This document shows positions 37,081 to 50,541 of a DNA stretch of 64,000 nt, one piece after another (position 1 is the stretch's first letter; the number at the start of each line of letters is the position of its first letter). The DNA lies in the NCBI RefSeq assembly GCF_006345805.1, contig NC_042998.1, positions 146,444,001-146,508,000 of the forward strand. Reading direction: 5' to 3'. Origin of the DNA: Octopus sinensis (lineage: Eukaryota). The notes under the pieces were generated by a model, which saw nothing but the letters and a program-made list of their open reading frames with translations, was not told the DNA's origin and did not search any database. The translations under genes and the position numbers were made by a program.

Positions 37081-40000
37081 TCAGAGCCCGTTGAATGTAC
37101 GTCCGATTGCGATGAGCCGTGGAGCCGGAGAGGGCAAAGGCGTCTGTGCAGGTGAAGGTGTTTGTGCAGGTGAAGGCGTTTGTGCAGGTGAAGGTGTTAG
37201 TGCAGGTGAAGGCGTTGTTAAAGGTGCATAGGTGGGTGTGTCAAGGTTGTCATCAAAAGATGAAGACGTCTCAAAATGTGCCTTTTTTAAACGGTCCACG
37301 GAAACGGTCTCCGAACGACCATTTATCTCAATCGTGAAAACCTTTGGTGTGCGAGAAAGCACACGGAAAGGTCCTTTATAGGGAGAAACAAGTGGGCCCT
37401 TCACAGAGTCGTCCCGAAAAAAAACATGCGACCAGGTGTTCATATCCGGTGGAAGATGGGACGGTGGAGATTGCTTTCTGGGAACCATGGGTGGAAGGTT
37501 CGAAAAGTATGCACGCAGTCTGGTGACATAGGTCGCCGGATCATGGGGCTGGGAAGTGTCTGGCACCAACATCGTACCAGGCAATGCCAGTGTGGTACCA
37601 TACAGCAGCTCTGCAGCAGAAAACCCCAGGTCTGCCTTGACAGCAGTCCGACAGCCGAGAAGCACAATGGGCAGAAATTCAATCCAGGACTGTGGGTCTG
37701 AAGAGGCACGAAGAGCGGCCTTGAGCTGTCTATGGAACCGCTCAACCAGTCCATTAGACGCTGGATGGTAGCTTGTAGTGTGGATATGGTGCATACCCAA
37801 AATTCGCGACAATTCGCGAAATAGCGAGGCCTCAAACTGACGTCCATGATCAGTTGTCAATCGGGACGGGACTCCGAAGCGAGAAATCCAGTTTGAAACG
37901 AAAGCTCGCGCAACAGTCTCAGCAGAAATGTCTGCTATTGGAATGGCTTCTGGCCAGCGGGAGAAGTGATCGACACAAGTTAACAGATAAGAGAACCCGC
38001 GACTCACAGGCCATGGTCCAACCAGATCGATGTGGACATGGCGAAAACGGGCCTCCGTGGGGGGAAATTGTCCAAGCGGGGCACGAACGTGCCGTTGAAT
38101 CTTGGACCGTTGACACTTGGAGCAGGTGCGTGTCCAAGAAGTAATAGTGCGACGCATATTCGGCCAGAAAAACCGAGCAGTGATTAGTTTAAGGGTGGCA
38201 GCGATACCAGGATGTGATAAGGAGTGCAGTGCTTCAAACACTGAGCGTTGATGGTTCTCAGGCACCAGTGGCCTGGGAGAACCAGTGGAAGTATCACAAA
38301 GAATGGTGCCTTCGGCTGACGGAAGCGGAAGGTAGGAAAACTGGCAACAGGAGAACTTGGAAAAAGTTAAGTCTAACGATGCCAAAGGTGGCTGCTCCTG
38401 CGAGATGGCAGCTAAGTCGATAGCAGCAAGAGACGAAAGGGCGCAAACTGGAAGGCGAGAGAGAGCGTCAGCAGGAACGTTCTCTTTTCCAGGTATGTGT
38501 CGAATGTTGCTAGTGAATTGAGAGATAAAATCCAGGTGCCGAAAAGCACGGGGTGAGAGTTTGTCCGTTTTTGAACACAGGGCAAACGTAAGGGGCTTGT
38601 GATCCGTATAGATCACAAAATCTCGCCCTTCAAGTTGATGCTGGAAATGACGAACCGATAGATAGATAGATCGCTAGGAGCTCACGATCAAAGGTGCTGT
38701 ATCGTCGTTCAGCTGGTTGCAGTTGACGGGAAAAGAAAGCTAGAGGTCGAATATGATCATCCACTGTGTGTTGTAACACAGCGCCAATCGCAGTGTCCGA
38801 TGCGTCCACAGTCAAAGAGAGAGAAGCACCAGGAACTGGATGTGCAAGCAAAGAAACAGAAGCCAGCTCCTTCTTAATGGACTCAAAGGCTGTCACTGCC
38901 TCAACAGAGAGGGTGACTTGACTGTCCTTTCTAGGAGAGTCCTTTAATAGCCTGGTGAGAGGTAGCAGCTTATCTGCACAACCGGGAATGAAACGTCTGT
39001 AGAAATTGATCATCCCTAGATAATGCCTGAGCTGGCGCAAGGAAGTGGGGGGTGCGATGCGTTGAATGGCATCGACTTTTGACGAGAGGGGGCTGATTCC
39101 AGTCGAATCAATATGATGGCCTAGAAAATCTAGGGAAGAGCGTCCGAAAATACACTTGTCGGGATTTACACGTATGCTATAAGCGCGAAGACGCTGAAAA
39201 AGCTGAGAGAGGTGCTGGAGATGATTTTCACGTGTGTCGCTCGCAATGAGTATATCATCGACATAGGCAAACACAAAATCAAGACCGCGGACAACCTCAT
39301 CAATGAAACGCTGGAAGGTGCTAGTAGCATTCCGTAAACCGAAACTCACATATAAAAACTCAAAACACCCAAAGGGGGTAGTGATCGCAGTTTTCGGAAC
39401 GTCGGCTGGGTTGACCGGTATTTGATGGTACGCGCGTATAAGGTCGACCTTCGAAAAAATGGTACAACCATGGAGATTTGCCGTAAAGTCCCAGAGATTT
39501 CTAATCGGGTATCTGTCGGCTATAGTTACGGCATTGAGGCGTCGATAGTCTCCAACCGGGCGAAAATCAGACTCGCCCTTTCGCGCCAAATGAAGTGGAG
39601 ATGCCCATGGGCTGGTGGAGGGGCGTATAAGGCCAAGTTGAAGCATGTGCTCAAACTCGGCCCTGGCCGTTTTTAGTTGGTCTGGCGCAAGGCGCCGGGG
39701 GCGTGAGAATACAGGCGGCTCATTGGTGGTGATGAAATGGAGGGTCGAGTGGGTAGGCTTTTCCAGTTTAAAGGCAATGTCCACTAGCTCCGGAAATGAA
39801 ACCAAAAGAGAGTGAAAAGGGTCTCTGAGGTGGCAACAAAGAATGTCGGGCTAAGGACCGCAGTGGTGGAACTCCCAGTCGGTGTAGAGAGCGACGTCAT
39901 GCTATCAAGAAGCCTCCGACGCCTGACATCCACCAACAGATTAAACCTATCCAGGAAATCAGCGCCGAGAATAGGATGCGGGATGTCAGCGATGACGAAA

Positions 40001-40262
40001 ACCCATTGAAAGTCTCGACGAAGGTTGAGGTCGAGGCGCAGCAAAATCTGACCGTAAGTGGTTATGGGAGACGAGTCAATAGCATGCAAGACAATCGAAG
40101 AGCGCTTGGGCTTGTCTGCAGCCAGACGAAGGGGCCAGATGCTGCAACAGGAGCCGGTGTCCACCATGAAGAATTTCTTCGACACCAGATCTTTTACAAA
40201 GAATGCACGATGTTTGGGAAACGAGATGGAAGAAGGTGACGTGCTCACCTCCTCCGGATTTA
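37081..40262 (-). pseudogene. Gypsy pol (protease, RT, RNase H, integrase) with two frameshifts
   Basis: VDTGS protease motif; YVDD RT motif; DASD RNase H motif; H..SHPG..C..C zinc finger; HIDLVG, TTD.GRQF and NGLVERFH integrase motifs. The pieces are 39784-40262, 38630-39805 and 37081-38616. Confidence 0.93.
37120..37222 (-). repeat. 18-bp tandem repeat encoding TPSPAQ/L at the integrase C-terminus
   Basis: About 5 copies of GTGCAGGTGAAGG(C/T)GTTT. Confidence 0.9.
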
Positions 40263-40937
40263 GTTTTCCGAGGGCTTGAAAGTGCACGGCTGGGTACACC
40301 GATCTGCCCTTTCGGCAGAGCAACTACGACTGCGTTGTCGGCGCTCGATCGCACGGGACAGATCATCGATTCGCCGCGTGAGCGCATCGATCTGCTCGGT
40401 TAGTGAAATTTGCACAGGGGAAACTGTTGGAGGGGGCCCTATTCATGCATACAGGCCTCGCGATGGAGATAGATTCGGAAATTCCAGTATTCTATCGGCC
40501 ATCGTGGCAATCTGATCAACTGACACAGACTCCAGTACCGTGGCCAGCATTGTCTGCACATGGGCAGGCAACCTGGAGAAAAATATCCTCCGTAAGAGCA
40601 GCGCGTCCGCTGCGTTGCCGCTAAGCTCCCTTAGATGGTGCAGGAACTGGGATGGAGTTCTGTCCCGCAACTGCTCGTCGGCCATCAGCTCCTGAATATT
40701 GCTCTCCCCCGACCGTGTGTTGCGGCGGAGGATTTCTGCTTTCACGGACGCGTATGTGGCGTCTGGGTGGGGACTTATTATTAGATCCCTGATCGATGCG
40801 GCGAGTCGGGGATGTAAGCCGGAATATAGCAGGTGCAACTGCTGCTGTGGAGAAATGGCATGTGCATCAAAATACCACTCCACCTGGGCAAACCACAGAC
40901 CCATGTCCCCCGTGAATGAAGGCAAACCTGAAGCCAT
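40260..40937 (-). pseudogene. Gypsy gag with a premature TGA and a partly deleted zinc knuckle
   Basis: LPSF..WFAQVE.YF; the frame continues past the TGA at 40443-40445 to ..ADRCTQPCTFKPSEN* (stop 40260-40262). Confidence 0.8.
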
Positions 40938-42104
40938 GCCTTTGTCGGAAGGAATCTGTGAGAAAGGGGCAGAAGGTATGATCAAGGAATGGAGAGAGAA
41001 CACGTGGAACCGACAAAGCAAATCAAAATTGTGTTTTGTGTACTGTAGTGTTTGTGTGTGCACCTCGTAGGTAGCAAAAATAAGTGTGTGTGTACAAAGG
41101 AAAACAAAATACAGAAAAGGAAAAAAAAATGAATGTGTGTGTGTTCGTTTATTTATTGCGATGTCGTACGTGTGTCTGATGGGAGAAGGACAACCCCTGA
41201 TGTGCAGCTTCTTGTTAGTTTGTTGAAGTTTGTTGATGGTCGTTGGCGGCTAAGTCGTGAGGTTGTCAGAGCCCGTTGAATGTACGTCCGATCGCGATGA
41301 GCTGTGGAGCCGGAGAGGTAGATTTGAGTTTGGCGGGTAAAGGAACGTTTTCCCGCACATGCGCATGGGGAAGACTTCCGGTGGCCACCCGGAAGTAGTC
41401 CCATTCTGCGCATGCGTGCTGAACCCTACACAGTAGCATCACTACATGTTCTTTCCTATTTGTTCCTATCTAGAAATCAAAAGAAATAAGTACTATTCCC
41501 TTCAAACCTTGCTTTTGTGACCTGGACATCAATGTTTTGAAACTTACCTATTTTCCATATTTCAGACTGATTCAGCATGGATTTGCTGAAGCAGAAATAT
41601 CATTATAGAAAATATTCTGCTCAATACCACAGATTTGCTTGTCAGTTGCTTGACCTTAATCACTTGAGAATGTTTCTTAGTGACTGACAATATGTGCATC
41701 TCTGATCATGAGCAGGAGTAGTGGGAGAGTATCATAGTCATGTGTTGAGAGGGATTCTTTGGGGTTTGAATAAATATAACAAAAGCAAAGTTTGAAGGAA
41801 ATATTAGCTATTTTTCATACTCTCAAGGGGTAAGCAAATAGGAAATAACAGTTGCTACCCAAGGACAAAAACCATGTTACACAGTCTAATTGCTGATTTA
41901 ACTAAATATTGCTAACTTTTGTTTTAATGAAGTAATATTTGTCTTTAGCAAGTTAGATAGCTGGCACCCGCAGTTGTATCCATTCACACATAATATTTCT
42001 ACTCATTCATTCAGACATATCCATCCATTGATCTGTCTGTCCATTCATTGTCCCTCAATGGTTTCTAATACAGGCAGAAAGCCACAAAGAAAGGTTATTA
42101 ATTA

Positions 42105-42269
42105 CCTTATTTACTCATGTATATGTCACGCTATTTTATACTTGATTTTAACTGAAAATACTGGAGTGCCACTTATACATGCAAAAAAGCTAAAACTATG
42201 AAGGGAAATGGTTTTATACCAAGACTTAATGTTCAATTAAGAGTGTGGCTTATACATGAACAAATACAG
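42105..42269. mobile_element. Short pogo-type MITE
   Basis: TA flanks, degenerate TIRs and an internal TATACTTGATTTTAACTGA shared with 35385-35525. Confidence 0.6.
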
Positions 42270-42641
42270 TATATAATAACTTTTAATTTAAGTATAAGGC
42301 TTGTGGGAGGCAGGGTTGTTGATTATATTGGTTTCAAATTTTGACAGAAGGCCAGCAATTTTTGGGGAGGAGTAAGTTGATTACATCCACCCCAGTGCTC
42401 AAATGGTACTTGTTTTATTGATTTTGAAAGGATGAAAGGCAAAGTCGACTCAGGATGTAAAGAAGGACAAAATGTCACTGAGCATTTAGCCTGATGCAGC
42501 AATGATTCTGACACCAGTATTTGACTGATATTCTATTTTGTTGACCATGAAGGGTGAAAGGCAAAGTCAATTTTCTTGTTTCCTTTTGCTAAAACTTTAT
42601 ACTTTATTGTCACTTGGTCATAGAAAGTTGTCTATTTAGTG

Positions 42642-42683
<42 letters not shown>

Positions 42684-45423
42684 ATGTGGGTGTTGTATGT
42701 GTGCATGTATTTTTTAAAATCATTTTTCGTGAGCCATAAGACTTATAAAACAGGTTTATCAGTTTGCATGGCATATAAGTGACAAAGATCATAACATCCC
42801 CTTGAATTAGATGCCAGTCCATTGCAGGCTTCAAAGCCAACAATTTTAGCGGAGAGTCAATTACATTGACTCTAATACTTGACTTAGTACTTTATTTTAT
42901 CACTGTCAAAGGAATGAAAGTTGATCTCAGTGGGATTTGAGCTCAGAACATAAAGAGCCAGAAGATATGCCACCAAGCATTTTGTTTATCATGCTAAAGT
43001 TTTTGTCAGCTTGCCAGGTTGTGTGGATGTATGTACTCATAAATATTTGTATTCCTCTTGCTGTCAACTTCAGCATGTCCCAAGATTCGATTTTGTCTCT
43101 TTCCACTCTCTTTCTTCTCTCTACATGACAATGTTTTACTTGCCACCATGTCTAACAACATTCACTCTTACACAGATGTGATGACACTACTCTTTATTCT
43201 CTAACTATGCATCATTCACTCACAACCAAGACCCTACACATAAACTCCATAAAGAGAGGCTTTGAAACATCCTATAATAGCAATATATCAATCTCATCTC
43301 TTTCAACATCAACAACTACCCCCAACTCCTCATATCAAAACATCATTGCACCACAACCACCTTAATCATATAACAGCACTCAATTAGAGTCCTCAGATTC
43401 ACTCCAAGTGCTGTATCTTTAGTACTTCTGGTGAAAGTACATCCTTATCTTAGCTAGGACCACTTTCCAATGACTGGTCCTTCTCTTCAGAACCGAAATA
43501 ATTACTGATACCCTACAAAACTCAGATGAGACTCACAATGAAGTATTTCTCTCTCGTGTGGCAGTGCTGCTGTTACAGATGTCCTAGATCACATCCAGAA
43601 AAAAACCACCTGACAAATTGGCATAAATCCACTCACAAAAACATTCCATCCTTGAGCTCACAGGCATGTTGTGTCCTCTTTTTGTTTTATCTATGGCTAC
43701 TATGCTGACTTCTATTGTTTGAAGCTATCAATGATAGTGTCACTGATGTTAAAACATTCCCAACTCATCTCTACATCTCTCATCACCCCAGACCATACTC
43801 AAGGCCCCACTCCAATCATTATTCCAATTCCTTCTCTCCCAGAATATAATTCCTCTGGAATTCCCTTAGTGAGCATGTTCACTAATTTATTGTATAAAAG
43901 TGTTTGTGGAAAAGTCCAGTAAATGAGCTTTTGAGAAGCATGTGTGATGGAATATTAGAAGGTAGTTTTAAACAATTTAATTTATTAAATTATCACAAGA
44001 GCTAACAAGTAAAAAGAGCATTGCTTGTGTGTATGCATGAGTCAGGGAAAGCATTATAAATTACGTTTGAAAAATAGATTCAGTTGGAAGTCACTATGAG
44101 CTAACAGGAAACAGAGCTAGCTTAAACAAAAATATACTGTCCATTATGAGGCAGAGTTGTGGCTGATGTCATCCAGAATTTTTCAGAGTGATGTTAGCAT
44201 AAATGAAATAGGCTGTTCATGATGGGACAAGTTGAGAGCTGATATAATTCAGAGTTAGCCATGCAAAGTTGATGTGGAAAACAAAGAGGCTGTTCCATGA
44301 TGAAGAAGCAATGTTGGTGGTCTGCAGTCTATCCGCTAACTAATTGAAATGCATGCTTCACTTCATGGGCAGGGAACTACCTCTAGTATTCATACACGCC
44401 TAGCCCTGATTGGATGGAGAATGCCATAGCACAACTGTTCTATGACACAACAACTAAGATGGCTTTCCTGACATGCTACAGGTTCAAGAAGATTAATGAC
44501 ATTAAGTCTTACTGGTCTTGGAGAATCTGTGAAGGTAATGAGCACTGTCCCTTCCTCCAGACACACAAAAAAATAAAAGTATATCATCATCACCATCATC
44601 ATCATCATCATCATCATTTAGCATCCATTTTCCATGCTGGAATGGGTTAGATGGTTTAACAAAGATCCAGTATGTCAAAAGGACCACATCTGACTATAAT
44701 CTCAGCTTTGACATGGTTTCTAAAGCTGGATGTATTTCCTAACACCAGCTACTTTACAGAGTGTACTGGATGCATTTTACTATGGCACAAACACTGGTCA
44801 TCTTGCACTTGGCCTAAGACTAAGGAGGTAACAAAAAGAAACCACAGTGATAGGTGATTTATTATGTTCATCTCAGCAAAAATGAGGTCCTAAAAGCATT
44901 TCTTTTTTGTCTATGGTTCTGTACCCATTCTGTTCCTGCAAAGCTTTCCCAACAATTCATCTTTCTAACACTCATCCCTCCATCACACCTCTAACTATGA
45001 CATTATTTCCTCAGCTGCTGTAATAAGAGTAGAACTGCACAAGTTTCATACTCCTTCTGTGCTACAAGTTATTTTTCTCTTTGGAACAACTTTCTTTGTC
45101 ACCCATTCCATGTCTTCAACAATAACTCTTATCACTTGTTTTCCACTGACCACCTTTTTTGCCCTGAACACCCTCTTATATCTGCCATTGTCACCCTGCT
45201 CACCTTTGTCACTCACTATACCTCCTACTTACCCCTGACCTCCATCTCTCTCATTTTGTATCCTCCCTCTCTCTCTCCCACTCCAAACACTTTACCACAT
45301 CTTCCTATTTCTTCTCTATCTACAGTTTTATTAAACTGTTATTCTCCATCCCTCTCCTTTTATGTACTTCCACTTACCACCTCCTTCTTGACTCACTCCT
45401 GTTTTCCTTTGCTTTGTGTGTGT

Positions 45424-45501
<78 letters not shown>

Positions 45502-45747
45502 ATGTTTGTGTCTCCTCTTGACATCTTGACATCTTGTGATAGTCGTAAATGGCTTTTATTCATCTCTTGTATTGTGCAAAAGCATGTCTAGCCAAAGGGA
45601 AATATTACCTTGCTTGGGAACAGGTGAATGTTGGTAATGGATAGGACATCCAGTCATAGAAAAGTAGATGCTAAAATTGTAATGATGATAATGGCAGACA
45701 CTCACCAAGTGCAGTATATATATATATAAGAGCTTATATATATATAA

Positions 45748-47540
45748 GATGCTGTAAGTAAGGTGAGGGTTGGCAACAAGTACACTGAAGAATTCAGGGT
45801 AGATGTAGGAGTCCACCAAGGTTCAGTCCTCAGCCTCCTCCTATTTATCATAGTCCTCTAGAGGAATTCAAGACAGGAAGCCCCTGGGAGCTCCTATATG
45901 CTGATGACCTCGCTCTAATTGCTGAGGCACTATCAGAACTAGAGGCAAAGTTTCAAGTGTGGAGACAAGGATTAGAATCGAAGGGCCTTAGAGTCAACCT
46001 AGCTAAAACCAAAGTCCTAATATGTAGGAAGGCAGGCAAACCACAAATCCCTTCAGATAGATGGCCCTGCTCAATCTGTAGTAGAGGTGTAGGTAGAAAC
46101 TCTATAAGATGTACCCAGTGTAAGCTATGGACACATAAGAGGTGCAGTAATATCAAAGGAAGGCTAACTGGGAAGATAGTTTTTGTATGTGGCAGATGCT
46201 CAGGAGCAATAAACGCTGAAAATGCACAGAGACCAGCTTCCGCCTCATTCCAGGGAGAAAAACTAGAAGTAGTAGATAGCTTCAGTTACCTAGGGGACCA
46301 AGTCAGTAACGGAGGAGGGTGCGCTGAAAGTGTAGCTGCTAGAATAAGAATAGCTTGGGCAAAGTTCAGAGAGCTCTTACCTCTGCTGGTGACAGAGGGC
46401 CTCTTGCTCAGAGTAAAAGGTAGACTGTATGACGCTTGTGTACGAACAACCATGCTACACGGCAGTGAAACATGGGCTGTGACTGCTGAGGACATGCGTA
46501 AGCTCGCAAGGAATGAAACCAGTATGCTCCGATGGATGTGTAATGTTAGTGTTCATACTCGACAGAGTGTAAGTACCTTGAGAGAAAAGTTGGACCTAAG
46601 AAGCATCAGATGTGGTGCGCAAGAGAGACAACTGCGCTGGTATGGTCATGTGGCGAGAAGGGATGAGGACAGCTGTGTGAAAAAGTGCCACACCCTAGCG
46701 GTTGAGGGAACCTGTGGAAGAGGTAGACCCAGGAAGACCTGGGATGAAGTGGTGAAGCACGACCTTCGAACATTAGGCCTCACCAAGGAAATGACTAGTG
46801 ACCAAGACCTTTGGAAATATGCCATGCATGAGAAGACTCGGCAAGCCAAGTGAAAGCATAATCTCATGGCCTATGCCAGGGGCGTAACCAGCCCACTTGT
46901 ACGTAACCTTTTCCTTCTTTGGTCACTAAAGCTCTGCTTGCGAAGACCTGCTGAGGCAAGTGAAATCAAATCAAATCAATCAAAAGCAAAATCAAAATCA
47001 AATTCGATGACTTGCGTCCATGCTGGCAGGGTGCAAAGAGCACCATACGAGCATGATTATTGACAGAGCGGCTAACCGGCTTCTGTGCCAGTGGCATTTA
47101 AAGGGCACCATTCGAGTGTGATCGTTACTAGTGTCGCCTTACTGGCACTTGTGCTCGTGCTAGTAGGGTGCCAAGAGCACCATCTGAGTGTGATCATTGC
47201 CAGAGCAGCCAACTGGCTTCCATGCCAGTGGCACGTAAAAGGGCACCATTCGAGCGTGATCATTACCAAAGTCGTCTTACTGGCACCTGAGTTGGTGGCA
47301 TGTGTAAAAGGATTCGAGCGAGGTAATTGCTAGTACCGCCTGGCTGGCCCCTGTGCCGGTCGCATGTAAAAAGCACCCACTACACTCTCAGAGTGGTTAG
47401 CGTTAGGAAGGGCATCCTGCTGTAGAAACTCTGCCAAATCAAGATTGGAGACTGGTACAACCATCTGGTTCACCAGCCCTCAGTCAAAATCGTCCAACTC
47501 ATGCTAGCATGGAAAGTGGACGTTAAACGATGATGATGAT
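45748..47540 (+). mobile_element. 5'-truncated RTE-like LINE with PHD finger (second copy)
   Basis: Highly similar to 9505-11337; YADD is intact; a 298-aa open C-terminal frame; ~65-bp tandem subrepeats in the 3' UTR; (GAT)n tail. Confidence 0.93.
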
Positions 47541-47544
47541 ATTG

Positions 47545-47578
<34 letters not shown>

Positions 47579-47607
47579 GTAGTTCACTTGAAGCTTTGTG
47601 CATTGTT

Positions 47608-47970
47608 TGTGAAATGTAATGTGTCTTGAATGGCGCAACAATGCAGAGTGGACTATAATAATTGTTATAATTTAAGTATTCATAAACTGATATGATGTAA
47701 TATTTCAGAATATAGAAATTCCTTCTTCAGATATTGCTAGGAATTGGTCAAGTCCCTGCTATAATCAGTTTTTTAATGGTTACTGAAATTTTTTTTTTCA
47801 GAAAAGCCATTGGAAAACTGATTATAGTGGTGACTTGATTAATTCTTAGTGATATCTGAAGAAGGAATTTTTATATTCTGAAATATTATGTCATATCAGA
47901 CTATGAATAATTTAATTATAACAGTTATTATAGTCCAATTTGCATTGTTGTGCTATTCAAAAATGTTATA

Positions 47971-47977
<7 letters not shown>
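47608..47977. repeat. ~370-bp palindrome carrying two inverted hammerhead-like motifs
   Basis: The arms are reverse-complementary around ~47792. Plus core at 47850-47898: TGATAT-CTGAAGA-AGGAAT..ATTCT-GAAA-TATTAT-GTC-ATATCA. Minus core at 47688-47736. Confidence 0.8.
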
Positions 47978-48010
<33 letters not shown>

Positions 48011-48023
48011 ACACACACACATA

Positions 48024-48962
48024 CATGGTGCGTAGGGTATTTGAGAACATGACATTTTTTAGTTATAACTCTGTCATTTACGTTTCAGAAGATAATAATG
48101 GCAGACACTCAGCTTAGTCAAGAGATGAGAAGGCCTGTTGTAACTGAGACCTTAAAGACTGAACAGAGTGATTTAGAGACAGGTCAGTTTTTTAAAGTCA
48201 CCTGATCTTTTGTCTACAAAGTTTGCAAGAAGTTAGAAGCCTCAATTTGAAAGGTATCACCAGTATTGAAATGCAAAACACATTCCCTATGCCCCAATAC
48301 CCTCAGAACACCCAAATTTATTTGACAAGTTTAACAGATCACTGACGGAAATCCCCAAAAATCTGTGAGGTCAATTGCAAAAGATCTCCATGAGTCAGGA
48401 AGGACAATCTGAAATGTTGTCCACAAAAACATCCAGCACAAGTCTAACATGATGAGGAGAGGTCAATACATGTATTAAAAAAAAAAAAAAAAAGGGAAAA
48501 TTGTTTTGCTCAGGTCTGAAAGGTTATTAAACAAAGTTAAAAATGCAGAAGAACATGACTAAATTTGATTTTTCTCAGATGAGAAAGCTTTGACCAGGAC
48601 CACATAACCCCAAACATTTGGCCTCCAAACTCATCAGATTTCAATCCATTGGACTACTATGTGTGAAGTGTCATTGAAAGAGAGGTCAATCAACATTCCC
48701 ATAATATTAAGGATTCTTTGAAAGCCACCAAAGTGAAAGTAATGTCTGATATGAACTGGAACCATTTGATTCAGGCATGTAGATGAATCAGATCTTGCAT
48801 AAAAGCAGTTATTGATGCTGAAGGTGGCTACATTGAATAAGATCATAAAGAAGACAATCTAGTTTATATGTACAAACGTTTTCATTAATAAAGTTATTTT
48901 CTGTTATCATATATTCTAAAAAAAAAAAAAAGAATTTGTCCTCAAGTAACTTGCGCACCCTG
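48024..48962 (+). mobile_element. Internally deleted DD37D-like Tc1/mariner element
   Basis: TA flanks; imperfect TIR CATGGTGCGTAGGGTATTTGAG / CTCAAGTAACTTGCGCACCCTG; FFSDEK and WPPNS.DFNPLDYYV remnants. Confidence 0.8.
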
Positions 48963-49134
<172 letters not shown>

Positions 49135-49519
49135 TTGTAGCAGTGTACTGTGTGTGTAAGGGGGGGGGGGTCACAAGTCAAGCATGGTGGAACTTCTCTA
49201 GATATAAAGGTCAGCCACGAATAAACCAGTTTTATGGATAATTAGCAGTTGTGGACAAGAGCAGCAGTATGGCTAGTGCTGCTTGTTCCATAACAATAAA
49301 AGAGGTTTTGCATGTCCAATAATGTGTTATGTCAAGGCTGATAAGGTCACCTTCAAGTAACCCTTGCTTTCAAATACATGTTAAATAGAAGCAGGTTTCT
49401 CTTCCTCCTGCTGTCATGCACACTGGCAGACTGAAGTGTTCATAAGCTGACTATAAAGGAGTGATGTTTGAGCTGTGAAATCTTGCATGCATTAAATCTG
49501 TCTAGTAGCAGATGCTCTT

Positions 49520-49865
49520 AAAAAGGGAAAAAATTTGGCATTGTGATGTTATCAAGTACCTGCAGAAAACTGGTTGATCACCCCACCCTCAATTATTCTC
49601 CTGATTTGGCCCCATCTGACTGTCGTCTGTTCCCCAATGTGAAAAACCTCTTGGTTAGGAATCAACCAGTATCACAATGACGATATCTGCTATAGATGAC
49701 TTTTTTGATCAACAAGAAGAAAACTTCTTCACCAAAGAAATCCAAGCACCACAACACCAATGGAAGAAGTGTGGGAACTACAAGGGGTCTATATCAAAGA
49801 ATAAACCTCATTTGGTCATGTTCCATGATAGTATCTTGGTTAGCCTATGAACTTTTCAGTCTACC
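49520..49865 (+). pseudogene. mariner transposase remnant
   Basis: TATTCTCCTGATTTGGCCCCATCTGAC encodes YSPDLAPSD, the mariner signature motif. Confidence 0.7.
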
Positions 49866-50541
49866 ATTGTATTTGATGTTCTGTTGGGTTATGGGTTTGA
49901 GGACTGAGATGATGTATATGTCTGCTCTTGAGTACATGAGGCATCTTACCCTGTAGTGATACTAATGTTCAGGGTGGGGAAAAGCTTAGTGGTGAGAGAT
50001 AAATTGTGAAGGTGGCAAGAAGGAGAAATTGGTAGGTGTTGCTGAGAAATCTGTCTGTTGATGATTTGTGTGTGGTGGTCATGAATACACTGAAGAGTGA
50101 CTCACATGACTAAGCAATGCTGTTTAGGGATTATGATGCATACCCTATCCTGAAATGTCCCTAGAAAAGGAAGGATAAAAACTCTAGGTTTAACCTTTCT
50201 TGACTTCAAAATGAAAAGCAGAGTTGACATTGATGGGATTTGAACTGTGGACTCAGTGAGTTGGAATATACCATACAACATTTTGCCTACTTCTCTAGCA
50301 ACTGAGCCGACTGACTTCCTGTGTGTGTATGTATGTACGTATGTATGTATGTATGTATGTATGTATGTATGTATGTATGTATGTATGTATGCATGTTTGT
50401 ATTTATGGATATATATATATATATGCATGCATATATACATACACATATATATATATATGTGTATGTGTATGTATATATGCATGCACATATATATCTATAC
50501 ATGTATATATCTATATATACATATATATACATAGATACATA

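Larger units (their letters stand above)
36855..41446 (-). mobile_element. Ty3/Gypsy LTR retrotransposon with reciprocally truncated LTRs
   Basis: Termini TGTAATGA...TCACTACA with 4-bp TSD TGTT (36851-36854 and 41447-41450). A direct repeat spans 36968-37133 and 41143-41318. Domain order is gag-PR-RT-RH-IN. Confidence 0.93.

Noticed and set aside
43140-43930. Possible very old retroelement coding remnant
   Set aside because: The strand-biased composition is suggestive, but no diagnostic motif could be read with confidence.
44397-44620. 78-aa ORF ending in poly-His
   Set aside because: The poly-His comes from the (CAT)n tail of an antisense LINE/SINE fragment, and the remaining peptide could not be assigned.
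47035-47378. CRISPR-like regular repeats
   Set aside because: They are tandem LINE 3' UTR subrepeats without unique spacers, in a eukaryotic context with no cas genes.
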